DNA of 17,707 nucleotides from a virus (IMGVR_UViG_3300001765_000263:64001-81707); one strand, 5' to 3'; numbered from the stretch's first letter, positions 8,571 to 16,875 are shown. Numbers and translations: made by a program. The notes: generated by a model from the letters alone, not told the origin.

Positions 8571-10376
8571 ATGTCATTTAAATATAGGACCGTTGGATAT
8601 TCACCAGAATATGCAACAACTACAGGGTCGACAACAAACGAATTTCATAATCCAAACAATTTCATGGATGGTTCCGTTGTTACATTTGAGGACAATTCTT
8701 TGCTAATTGCTGAGAGTGGTGCGGATATATTAGTATCCTCTGGGGCAACACTTAAAGTAACAGATGCCCCAACAACATCACTCGATGTCACTAACCTATC
8801 TTATGTAACGACCCAATTAGCATTAAAGTTAAATTTAGTTGGTGGAACGTTAACTGGTGCATTGACTTTGAGTGGTGCGCCAACTATTCCTCTTCATGCA
8901 GCAACCAAGGCATATGCAGACTTGATGTTGCCTTTAACTGGTGGGACATTGACTGGTGCTTTAGTATTAAATGGCGCACCAACATTACCATTACATGCAG
9001 CAACCAAGGCATATGCAGACTTGATGTTGCCTTTAACTGGTGGGACATTGACTAGTGGAGATTTAATACTAGCAAATCATCCGTCAGAGTTCTCAAATGG
9101 TAAAATTGCAGCAACAAAGGCATATGTAGATGCAAGATTAGGAATTTTTAATGCTGGTGCTGGTATTGGCAAAGCAAGCACCACATCAACTCCAATAACT
9201 GGAACATATGCTCAATCTGGTGCAGAAATTACTGTAACAACGAGTGTGTCACATGGGTACTCTAAGGATACTCTTGTAACGATAACCTTCTCTGGTGATC
9301 CAGTTAATGATCCAATAGATGGTGCATATTCAATCGTTACCTTACTTGGTCCAACTGGATTTGCTCTTGCTGCTGAAGACACAGCAACAAGAGCAGGGAC
9401 CGTGTCTATCGTTACAACAGTGCATGAAGTTTTTGTAGATTCAACCACATTGACAGTCAATGCAGACGGGTTAGATTTAACTGTATTGCATGATGCTGGT
9501 TTATTCTTAGAACCTATAGGGGCAGCAGCATACTCTGATACTGCATGGTACGATAAAGTTAAAGTTGATGAGTATGGTAGAGTAATTAGTGGTAAAAATA
9601 CCCCACTTGTTAATGCTGCAGATGGTACTTTTAATAAGGTGACAATATCTGGTGGTTATATTACATATGCATCAAATGAAGAATATCTAACAGAAAATGA
9701 TGAAATATCTTTGACTGGTGACGTTGTTGGTTCTGGAACTACTGCTATAAGTACGACCCTTTCTGTGATTGACGGGTTAAATGCTGGCACATACTCAAAA
9801 GTTACGGTAAACACCAAAGGTCGTGTCACCGCAGCATCACAATTAAGTGCAAGTGATATATCAAATGCATTAGGATACACCCCACCTAGAGATACAAATA
9901 TAAGATTCCTACACTTAAAATCTGGATATCAGGCACTGAGTTGGGGGTCATCCCCTGCAAACCTTGTTGTTGCAGGTTCTGATAATTGGCCAATGGGGTC
10001 AGAAGGGTTTTCAGTATCTGGTCAATATTTGTATGTACCAAAGGGTGTGTATCAAGTAATTTTCTACGGCACATCTAACTGGTGGCATGGATGGTATGGA
10101 TATTGGTGGAATGGGGACTGGTGGAATAACTACTCATCATATTACTATAACCCATCGATGATTGAAGTTAACGGTGTAATTCAATCTGCTGCTTTTTCAA
10201 ATTATGGCGGTTGGTGGTGGTACTGGAATAGACAATATTCATATCCAGATAAGTCACAAGATTTTTGCTTAACGGACACTTATTATCTGCCTTCAAATGG
10301 ATATATGAGGTTCTATGTTCCGCATTTATATGGTTGCACTTATTGGTATAACGTGAAGGTGGTTAAATTAAGATAA
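8571..10376 (+). CDS. Tail fiber/adhesin-like virion protein
   Basis: Shaft repeats GGTLTGAL..GAPT.PLHAATKAY, further repeats of the type GTYSKVTVNTKGRVTA, then ALGYTP and a C-terminal beta-sandwich-like head. It lies in the late module immediately before gp18. Confidence 0.75.
   Translation: MSFKYRTVGYSPEYATTTGSTTNEFHNPNNFMDGSVVTFEDNSLLIAESGADILVSSGATLKVTDAPTTSLDVTNLSYVTTQLALKLNLVGGTLTGALTLSGAPTIPLHAATKAYADLMLPLTGGTLTGALVLNGAPTLPLHAATKAYADLMLPLTGGTLTSGDLILANHPSEFSNGKIAATKAYVDARLGIFNAGAGIGKASTTSTPITGTYAQSGAEITVTTSVSHGYSKDTLVTITFSGDPVNDPIDGAYSIVTLLGPTGFALAAEDTATRAGTVSIVTTVHEVFVDSTTLTVNADGLDLTVLHDAGLFLEPIGAAAYSDTAWYDKVKVDEYGRVISGKNTPLVNAADGTFNKVTISGGYITYASNEEYLTENDEISLTGDVVGSGTTAISTTLSVIDGLNAGTYSKVTVNTKGRVTAASQLSASDISNALGYTPPRDTNIRFLHLKSGYQALSWGSSPANLVVAGSDNWPMGSEGFSVSGQYLYVPKGVYQVIFYGTSNWWHGWYGYWWNGDWWNNYSSYYYNPSMIEVNGVIQSAAFSNYGGWWWYWNRQYSYPDKSQDFCLTDTYYLPSNGYMRFYVPHLYGCTYWYNVKVVKLR
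8895..9053 (+). repeat. Perfect 60-nt direct repeat (8895-8954 and 8994-9053), period 99 nt = 33 aa
   Basis: catgcagcaaccaaggcatatgcagacttgatgttgcctttaactggtgggacattgact occurs twice identically. Confidence 0.95.
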
Positions 10377-10377
10377 T

Positions 10378-10385
10378 GATAAATA
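10378..10385 (+). promoter_or_regulatory. Probable late promoter (GATAAATA) for gp18-gp19
   Basis: NATAAATA variant in the intergenic gap before gp18; strong RBS AAGGAG at 10424-10429. Confidence 0.6.
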
Positions 10386-10437
10386 TACAATAATGCGAAA
10401 ACATTATCAGATAAAATTATAAAAAGGAGTACAAGTT

Positions 10438-12696
10438 ATGCCATTACTAAGCCCTGGCGTTCTTATCAAAGAAAAAGATTTCACAACAATTGTTCCAAAC
10501 GTTGCAACCGCTATTGGTGGTATTGCTGGTGACTTTAGTCAAGGTCCATTAAATACTCCAATTTTGATCACGTCTGAGAATAAATTGGCAGAAGTCTTTG
10601 GCCAACCAACAGAAACAAACTATGCAACATGGTTCACTGCTGCAGAATTTTTAGGATACACCAATAAGTTGTGGGTTGTTCGCGCAATCCCTGCAGAATG
10701 CAAAAATGCATGCCAAACTGGTAGCATCGTTCACGTAACAAAGAACGGCACATTCACACAATCAACTGGTTCTTCAACAGTCAATATCAAGATTGTCAAT
10801 CATGGGTATGAAGTTGCAGATAACCTTGCATTAATTTTTACCGATGATGGTGCTACACCACCTGATGACAATTATGCGGTTGCTACAGTAAATGGTGCGC
10901 CAGTTGCTACATCAAGTGGATCGTCAACAGGCACAGTCGCAACAATCAATACAGCAACTGCACATGGTTTAGTTAATGGTGACTATGCAACTATTGCTGG
11001 TGTTACACCTGCTGGTTATAACGGTACTGTTGTAATCACAAAAGTTGATAATGACACCTTCACATATACTCTTCCTAATGCTGGTCATGATTTAGTTGCA
11101 GTGAGTGTTCAAGGTACAGTTACAGACATCAATACATTGACAGTAACCACAACATTACCTGCTGGTGAAGACAAGATTGGTGATGTTCAATCAACATTGA
11201 CCACAATCTCTTCAATTCAGGTAGCAAACTTTGAAGACTACGAAGCAAAATGGCCAACGTCATTAGATACTGCAGGTACGTTCATTGCTAAACAACCAGG
11301 CATTGCTGGTAATGCGCTTAAGGTCGTATTAGTTGATGCAGGTAACTACACATTAACCAAAAATGATACAGCAATGGTTGATTATTCTGGTAAGAGTTAT
11401 ACTGATTATATGCCAGGTGAACCAGGAACTTCTTTATACACTGCTGGTAGAGCAATTGCAGAATCAGAACTTAAGTCAGACGAATTATCAGTGTTGATCA
11501 TCGACGCAACTGGTGAAATTTCTGGAAAAGCAAATACAGTTCTAGAAGTGTTCAACTATGCATCTAAGGCATTTGACGCAATCGATTACAAGAATACATC
11601 CTTGTACTATGCAGATGTTGTTAATACTCAGTCAGCATATGTGTATTTCAACAAGCACCCATCATCAAGCATTGAAGTATCAGATAACATCACAACTTTT
11701 GGTTGGGGTAAGTCTGCATTTGATGTAGCAAATACTGGTGATAAGTTTGCTGACTTGACAGCAGTTCTTTCATACACCTTGTCAGGTGGCGATTCAGGTA
11801 CAACTCCAGAAGCAGCAGATATTATCGATGCATATGACGAGTTGAAGAATCCAGAAGATTTAGATGTCAATTTGTTGATCACTGGTAATCATCCAACGTC
11901 AGTAATTGCACACGTGTGTGAAATGGCAGCAACAAGAAAAGACTGTGTTGCATTCCTTACACCACATAATAATGGTGCAAGATATACCAACAGAGCAACA
12001 ATGACTACTGACATTCTTGCATTTAAGGATTCATTGAACGTTGCTGATATGTTCCATTCATATTGCGTTATCGATACTGGTTTCAAATACATGTTTGATC
12101 CATACAATCGTCGTTATCGTTGGATTCCATTGAACGGTGACATTGCAGGTATCTGTGCAAGAACAGACGAATTAACCGATCCATGGTGGAGTCCAGGTGG
12201 TTTCAATCGTGGTGGAGTTCGTAACATCATCAAACTTAGCTACAACCCAAACCAAGCAGAGAGAGACATTCTTTATCCAAAAGGTGTAAACCCTGTTGTT
12301 ACATTCCCAGGTTCTGGAACAGTGTTATTTGGTGATCGTACAATGCAAGCAAAACCAAGTGCATTTGATCGTATCAATGTGCGTAGATTGTTTATTGTTT
12401 TAGAAAAGGCAATCAGTACTGCTGCTAAGTATCAGTTGTTCGAGTTCAACGATTCATTCACGAGAGCACAATTCAAGAATATGGTCGAACCATTCTTGCG
12501 TGATGTTCAAGGTCGTCGTGGTATCACAGACTTCAAGGTTATTTGTGATGAATCAAACAATACTGGAGAAGTCATTGACCGCAATGAATTTATTGCAGAT
12601 ATATATGTTAAACCAGCAAGAAGCATTAACTTCATCTACTTGAACTTTATTGCGACAAAAACTGGCGTTGACTTTTCAACAGTAATCGGTGGTTAA
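10438..12696 (+). CDS. gp18: Tail sheath protein, T4 gp18 homolog with inserted beta domains
   Basis: MPLLSPGVLIKEKD N-terminus, FGQPT, WWSPGGFNRG, YPKGVNPVVTFPGSGTVLFGDRT, AFDRINVRRLF, YQLFEFND.FTR, GITDFKVICDESNNT and FIADIYVKPARSINFIYLNF. Confidence 0.97.
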   Translation: MPLLSPGVLIKEKDFTTIVPNVATAIGGIAGDFSQGPLNTPILITSENKLAEVFGQPTETNYATWFTAAEFLGYTNKLWVVRAIPAECKNACQTGSIVHVTKNGTFTQSTGSSTVNIKIVNHGYEVADNLALIFTDDGATPPDDNYAVATVNGAPVATSSGSSTGTVATINTATAHGLVNGDYATIAGVTPAGYNGTVVITKVDNDTFTYTLPNAGHDLVAVSVQGTVTDINTLTVTTTLPAGEDKIGDVQSTLTTISSIQVANFEDYEAKWPTSLDTAGTFIAKQPGIAGNALKVVLVDAGNYTLTKNDTAMVDYSGKSYTDYMPGEPGTSLYTAGRAIAESELKSDELSVLIIDATGEISGKANTVLEVFNYASKAFDAIDYKNTSLYYADVVNTQSAYVYFNKHPSSSIEVSDNITTFGWGKSAFDVANTGDKFADLTAVLSYTLSGGDSGTTPEAADIIDAYDELKNPEDLDVNLLITGNHPTSVIAHVCEMAATRKDCVAFLTPHNNGARYTNRATMTTDILAFKDSLNVADMFHSYCVIDTGFKYMFDPYNRRYRWIPLNGDIAGICARTDELTDPWWSPGGFNRGGVRNIIKLSYNPNQAERDILYPKGVNPVVTFPGSGTVLFGDRTMQAKPSAFDRINVRRLFIVLEKAISTAAKYQLFEFNDSFTRAQFKNMVEPFLRDVQGRRGITDFKVICDESNNTGEVIDRNEFIADIYVKPARSINFIYLNFIATKTGVDFSTVIGG

Positions 12697-12709
12697 TAGG
12701 AGATAAGTA

Positions 12710-13285
12710 ATGTCACTACAGCAATTTAAATCAAACTTGTTAGGTGGAGGTGCTCGTCCTAACCAATTCAGAGTTGAATTGACCTTCCCAGGTTTAGCAT
12801 ATAACTCATCTGAAGCAGGAAGACGCGCACAATTTCTTTGCACTGCGGCATCCTTGCCAGGTTCTGAAATCGGTATTGCACCAGTGTTCTTTAGAGGTCG
12901 TGAGTTGCCATTAGCGGGAGAACGCAAGTTCAACCCATGGACAATCACGATCCTTAACGATACTGACTTCCTTATCCGTAATGCATTTGAATCATGGGCA
13001 AACGCAATTAACAACTTGAGATTCAACACTGGCGTAACCAATCCAACAGTGTATTCATCTGACATGTCTGTTCATCAGCTTGATCGTAACGGTGGAACAC
13101 TTAAGTCATACAAGTTTGTTGGAGCATGGCCAAACAATATTGCAGAAATTCCATTAGCATTTAGTCAGAATGATGTAGTAGAAGAATTCCAAGTAACTTT
13201 ATCATTTATGCACTATGAAACTGATTTCAGTTTTGCTGGTGGTGGTGCAAACGTGGGGATTAGTGCTGGAATTAACTTTCGTTAA
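12710..13285 (+). CDS. gp19: Tail tube protein, T4 gp19 homolog
   Basis: GGGARPNQFRV, LPGSEIG, FRGRELPLAGERKFNPWTITILNDTDF, HQLDR, YKFVGAWP and VEEFQVT. Confidence 0.96.
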   Translation: MSLQQFKSNLLGGGARPNQFRVELTFPGLAYNSSEAGRRAQFLCTAASLPGSEIGIAPVFFRGRELPLAGERKFNPWTITILNDTDFLIRNAFESWANAINNLRFNTGVTNPTVYSSDMSVHQLDRNGGTLKSYKFVGAWPNNIAEIPLAFSQNDVVEEFQVTLSFMHYETDFSFAGGGANVGISAGINFR

Positions 13286-13318
13286 TTGATGTGAGTACCA
13301 TTGTTATGAAAGAATCTA

Positions 13319-15046
13319 ATGAAACTATTTGAAGATGCACAGCAGTATATCCAAAATCTTTTTGGATTAAATATTGAGAAGATCCCTGTTGCGGAAGACG
13401 AATCTGCCGCAATAGGGACTCCATATAATGACGACGGTTCTACTGTCGTTGCACCGTCTATTGGTGGTGCATATTATGGAGTTTACATGGATATCGATGG
13501 TGCTGTTAAAAGCGATATTGCGGCAATCACGCAGTATCGCCAATTGGCATTGTATCCAGAGGTCGATATTGCGATTCAGGATATTGTGAATGAAGCAATT
13601 CCTCATGAAAATGATTCTCCACAAATTGATGTCATCTTGGATGATTTGGATATTTCAGATAATCTAAAGATGAAGATTGAAGACGAATTTAAAATAGTTC
13701 TCTCCAAACTAAAATATACATCAATGTCGTCTGATATTTTCAGACGTTGGTATGTCGACGGCAGATTGTTTTTTCAGATCATTGTTGATAAGGTAAATCC
13801 ATCAAGAGGAATATTAGAACTGCGTCCTCTTGAAGCAACCAAAATTCGTAAAGTAAAAGAAGTTATTCGTGAAAAAACTCCAATGGGTGTCGATGCAGTT
13901 AAAGATGTGGTCGAGTACTACGTGTATAACGAAGCGGGATTTGGTGCATTGTCATCAACAGTTTCTACCAACACAAGCACGTCAGCATCTGTGCAAGGAA
14001 TTAAAATTAGTCCAGACTCTATTATCTATGTTCCGTCTGGTTACTTTGATACACAAAATCAGAATGGTAATTGTCTATCCTATATCCATAAAGCAATTCG
14101 ACCCATCAACCAATTAAGGATGCTTGAAGATGCTACTGTTGTTTACACTATTGCTCGTGCTCCTGAACGTAGAATATTTTATGTTGATGTTGGTAATCTA
14201 CCAAAACTTAAAGCAGAACAGTATGTAAAAGATTTGATGAACCGTTACAGAAACAAAATGGTTTATGACGCAAAGACTGGTGAAGTTAGAGATGACAAGA
14301 AATACATGAGCATGTTGGAAGATTTCTGGATGCCCCGTCGTGATGGTGGTAAGGGAACAGAAATTACTACATTGCCAGGCGCACAGAATCTTCAAGGTCA
14401 AATCGACGTGTTACAACAGTTCCAAGAAAAAATGTACATGTCATTGAATGTTCCTATCTCAAGAATCAAACCAGAAACTGGTTTCTCATTGGGACGTGGT
14501 AATGAAATCACACGAGATGAATTGAAATTCCAAAAGTTCATCGAGAAACTTCGTCGCAAGTTCTCTGTTCTTTTTTATGAGTCACTGAAAATACAGTTGA
14601 TCCTCAAAGGAATTATAAATAATGAAGAGTGGGAAGAAATCATTGAAAAGTTGCGTTTCAGGTATCAACGTGACAACTATTTTTCTGAGTTAAAGAATCA
14701 AGATATTTGGAATTCTCGATTCATGACGTTGCAAAGTGCGAACCAATATGCAGGTATCTATTTCAGTAAGAGATGGATTCAACAGAACGTGTTGCAAATG
14801 ACAGAAGAAGATATAGCACAAATGGAAGTTGAAATTGATGAAGAGCAGGATGACGAAACAGCAACAATATGGGGTCAGATGCAATTGAGTCAACCACCAA
14901 TGCCACCAGGAATGATGGGTGGTGATCCGTCAATGGGTGGGCAAGACCCATCTATGATGGGGCAAGATCCATTTGCAGCACAGGAACAAGGACAAGTACC
15001 ACCAGAAGAAGATGATGAGTCACAACAACCAAACCAAAAGTTTTAA
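13319..15046 (+). CDS. gp20: Portal vertex protein, T4 gp20 homolog
   Basis: YPEVDIAIQDIVNEA, FRRWYVDGR, LSYIHKAIRPINQLRMLEDA, RAPERRIFYVDVGNLPKLKAEQY, MLEDFWMPRRDGGKGTEITTLPG and EITRDELKFQKF. Confidence 0.98.
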   Translation: MKLFEDAQQYIQNLFGLNIEKIPVAEDESAAIGTPYNDDGSTVVAPSIGGAYYGVYMDIDGAVKSDIAAITQYRQLALYPEVDIAIQDIVNEAIPHENDSPQIDVILDDLDISDNLKMKIEDEFKIVLSKLKYTSMSSDIFRRWYVDGRLFFQIIVDKVNPSRGILELRPLEATKIRKVKEVIREKTPMGVDAVKDVVEYYVYNEAGFGALSSTVSTNTSTSASVQGIKISPDSIIYVPSGYFDTQNQNGNCLSYIHKAIRPINQLRMLEDATVVYTIARAPERRIFYVDVGNLPKLKAEQYVKDLMNRYRNKMVYDAKTGEVRDDKKYMSMLEDFWMPRRDGGKGTEITTLPGAQNLQGQIDVLQQFQEKMYMSLNVPISRIKPETGFSLGRGNEITRDELKFQKFIEKLRRKFSVLFYESLKIQLILKGIINNEEWEEIIEKLRFRYQRDNYFSELKNQDIWNSRFMTLQSANQYAGIYFSKRWIQQNVLQMTEEDIAQMEVEIDEEQDDETATIWGQMQLSQPPMPPGMMGGDPSMGGQDPSMMGQDPFAAQEQGQVPPEEDDESQQPNQKF

Positions 15047-15055
15047 GGACAGATT

Positions 15056-15241
15056 ATGACATTCAAAGAAAATATAGAACAGATGATGGGAGCAATTGCT
15101 AACAAAGATACAGACACTGCTACCAATATCTTTCAATCAATCATTAGTCAGAAGGTTGCTGACCGTCTTGAAGATGAGAAGGTTGGTTTGTCATATCAAT
15201 ATTTCAACGGGTTTAAAGAAGGCGCATTGGAAGAACAATAA
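15056..15241 (+). CDS. Small prohead-core-like protein (gp67-position), copy 1
   Basis: 61-aa acidic helical ORF directly after gp20 with an AAGGA RBS; ends ALEEQ. The assignment rests on position and composition. Confidence 0.6.
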   Translation: MTFKENIEQMMGAIANKDTDTATNIFQSIISQKVADRLEDEKVGLSYQYFNGFKEGALEEQ

Positions 15242-15615
15242 TGGAAATAAGAGAACTTATAGAACAGATGATGAGTGCAGTTGCTAGTAAAGATATGGAT
15301 GCTGCAACAGAGGCATTCCAATCTATTATTAGTCAAAAAATTGCTGACCGTCTTGAATCTGAAAAATCATCAATGGATTATTTCAAAGAAGATGTTTTAG
15401 ATGAATCTAGATTTACTCGTAGAAGTAAAGGCAACAGAAAAATTGCTCATGGTCAAAGATTTTCTGCTGGTTCGTCTGCAAGAAAAAAGACCCCAACAGG
15501 GTTGTCGACATTAAGAGCAAGTCCAACCAAAGGAAGAAAGACTAGAAACTATTCTTCAGAATCGACAGCAAGAGCAGTTATTGCTGCAATGTATCCTAGT
15601 GTAGCAAAATCATAA
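15241..15615 (+). CDS. Small prohead-core-like protein, copy 2, with basic C-terminal extension
   Basis: 27 of 36 residues are identical to copy 1 over IEQMM...RLE.EK. TAATG overlap. The last 69 aa contain 17 K/R and 1 acidic residue. Confidence 0.65.
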   Translation: MEIRELIEQMMSAVASKDMDAATEAFQSIISQKIADRLESEKSSMDYFKEDVLDESRFTRRSKGNRKIAHGQRFSAGSSARKKTPTGLSTLRASPTKGRKTRNYSSESTARAVIAAMYPSVAKS

Positions 15616-15628
15616 GACGAGGTATTAA

Positions 15629-16174
15629 ATGAGTTCAAGAAAAGTATATCCAATAACAAGAACCATCACCGTTAAATCGCAGTCATGGTTAGCAGATGTT
15701 CTCACCATTGAAACTGTTGCAGCACATGGTTTGGTTGCTACTGATGTTGTGACTTTCATGAATCAAGAATTTCCAGAGCAGTTTTCTGGTGCGATTACTA
15801 CAGTAGCAGACACCACACACTTTACTGTTGCATGCACAAATTCAAAGATCAGAGTTCCATATCAAATTCAAACCAACATTTTTAATGCTACTGCAACAGG
15901 CGAACAAGAGGCATTTACATGGGGTTGGGGTTCATATCCATCAGGTGCGGTGCAAGTTGTTACCAATGGCACAGGAACTGTTACCGCAAAAATTCAAGCA
16001 TCATTGGATGGTGTAAATTGGGTTGATGCTGGATCACCTGCATCTGCTGCACTTACTGCTGGTCAATCTGCAATTTTCGATATTACCAAACCATACATTT
16101 ATGGTCGTCTGAACTTTACTGTTGCAGTTGGTGGTGCATTAGGAAAAGTAACCGCATTCAGAACTGTATTTTAA
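15629..16174 (+). CDS. Hypothetical two-domain beta-rich protein, probably virion associated
   Basis: 181-aa ORF with a GAGG RBS. It has an N-terminal AHGLVATDVVTF module and a C-terminal VQ...GTVTAKIQASLDGVNWVD...YGRLNF beta-sandwich-like region. Confidence 0.6.
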   Translation: MSSRKVYPITRTITVKSQSWLADVLTIETVAAHGLVATDVVTFMNQEFPEQFSGAITTVADTTHFTVACTNSKIRVPYQIQTNIFNATATGEQEAFTWGWGSYPSGAVQVVTNGTGTVTAKIQASLDGVNWVDAGSPASAALTAGQSAIFDITKPYIYGRLNFTVAVGGALGKVTAFRTVF

Positions 16175-16184
16175 GGAAGCAATC

Positions 16185-16817
16185 ATGAAACTACTATCAG
16201 AATTTGTCGATCAAGAAATCGAATGTTTAGTTGAGAACACTCAACAAGGCAAAAAATATTACGTTGAGGGAAGATGGGCAACTGCTGGCGAACCAAATCG
16301 CAATGGTCGCGTATATCCAAATGACGTTATGGAATCTGCATTGGCGAAATATGGTACAGAGTACATTTCACAAAAACGTGCTATGGGTGAATTGAATCAT
16401 CCACAAGGTCCAGGCATCAACCTTGATCGTGTGTCGCACGTTATCGAAAATCTTAAGATGGAAGGCAATTATGTAAATGGTCGTGCAAAGATCATGGAAA
16501 CCCCTATGGGTATTATTGCCAAGAGTCTTATCGATGAGGGAATCAAACTAGGAGTTTCTACTCGTGGTTTAGGTTCAATTGAATCAAGGAACGGTCAGAA
16601 TTTTGTTAAGAATGATTTTTTCATTTCTGCAATTGATCTAGTGAGTGATCCTAGTGGTCCAGGATGTTGGGTGAATGGCATCATGGAGTCTGTAGATTAC
16701 AAAATGCTTGAAGATGGTCGCATCATTGAAATGACTATTGATAAAGCGAAAAAACGTATTGATGAATCAAAGTTCATCAAAGAGTTCGCTCGTTTGATGG
16801 AAGATTTAAAGAGATAA
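16185..16817 (+). CDS. gp21: Prohead core protease, T4 gp21 homolog
   Basis: NRNGRVYP, catalytic His in GELNHP, catalytic Ser in GVSTRGLGS (T4 GVSSRGLGS) and IDLVSDPS. Confidence 0.95.
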   Translation: MKLLSEFVDQEIECLVENTQQGKKYYVEGRWATAGEPNRNGRVYPNDVMESALAKYGTEYISQKRAMGELNHPQGPGINLDRVSHVIENLKMEGNYVNGRAKIMETPMGIIAKSLIDEGIKLGVSTRGLGSIESRNGQNFVKNDFFISAIDLVSDPSGPGCWVNGIMESVDYKMLEDGRIIEMTIDKAKKRIDESKFIKEFARLMEDLKR

Positions 16818-16875
16818 GCAATACAACAAAAATATTATTGATGGATTCTAATGTGAGGGTCAAAAACCCAAATTT

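Noticed and set aside
8895-9053. CRISPR-like or mobile-element repeat
   Set aside because: Only two copies, in frame, encoding a fiber shaft repeat; no cas or transposase genes.
10077-10244. Diversity-generating retroelement variable region at the fiber tip
   Set aside because: There is no reverse transcriptase or template repeat in the window, and TGG-rich codons are not the typical product of mutagenised AAY codons. It cannot be fully excluded without the rest of the genome.
16185-16817. Inactive gp21 because of GVSTRG and the divergent VEGRWATAG segment
   Set aside because: The catalytic His (GELNHP) and the first Ser of GVS are retained; the S-to-T change is at the adjacent position.
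16857-16869. GGGT-N5-ACCC hairpin as a terminator after gp21
   Set aside because: Only a 4-bp stem with no following U-tract on the + strand.
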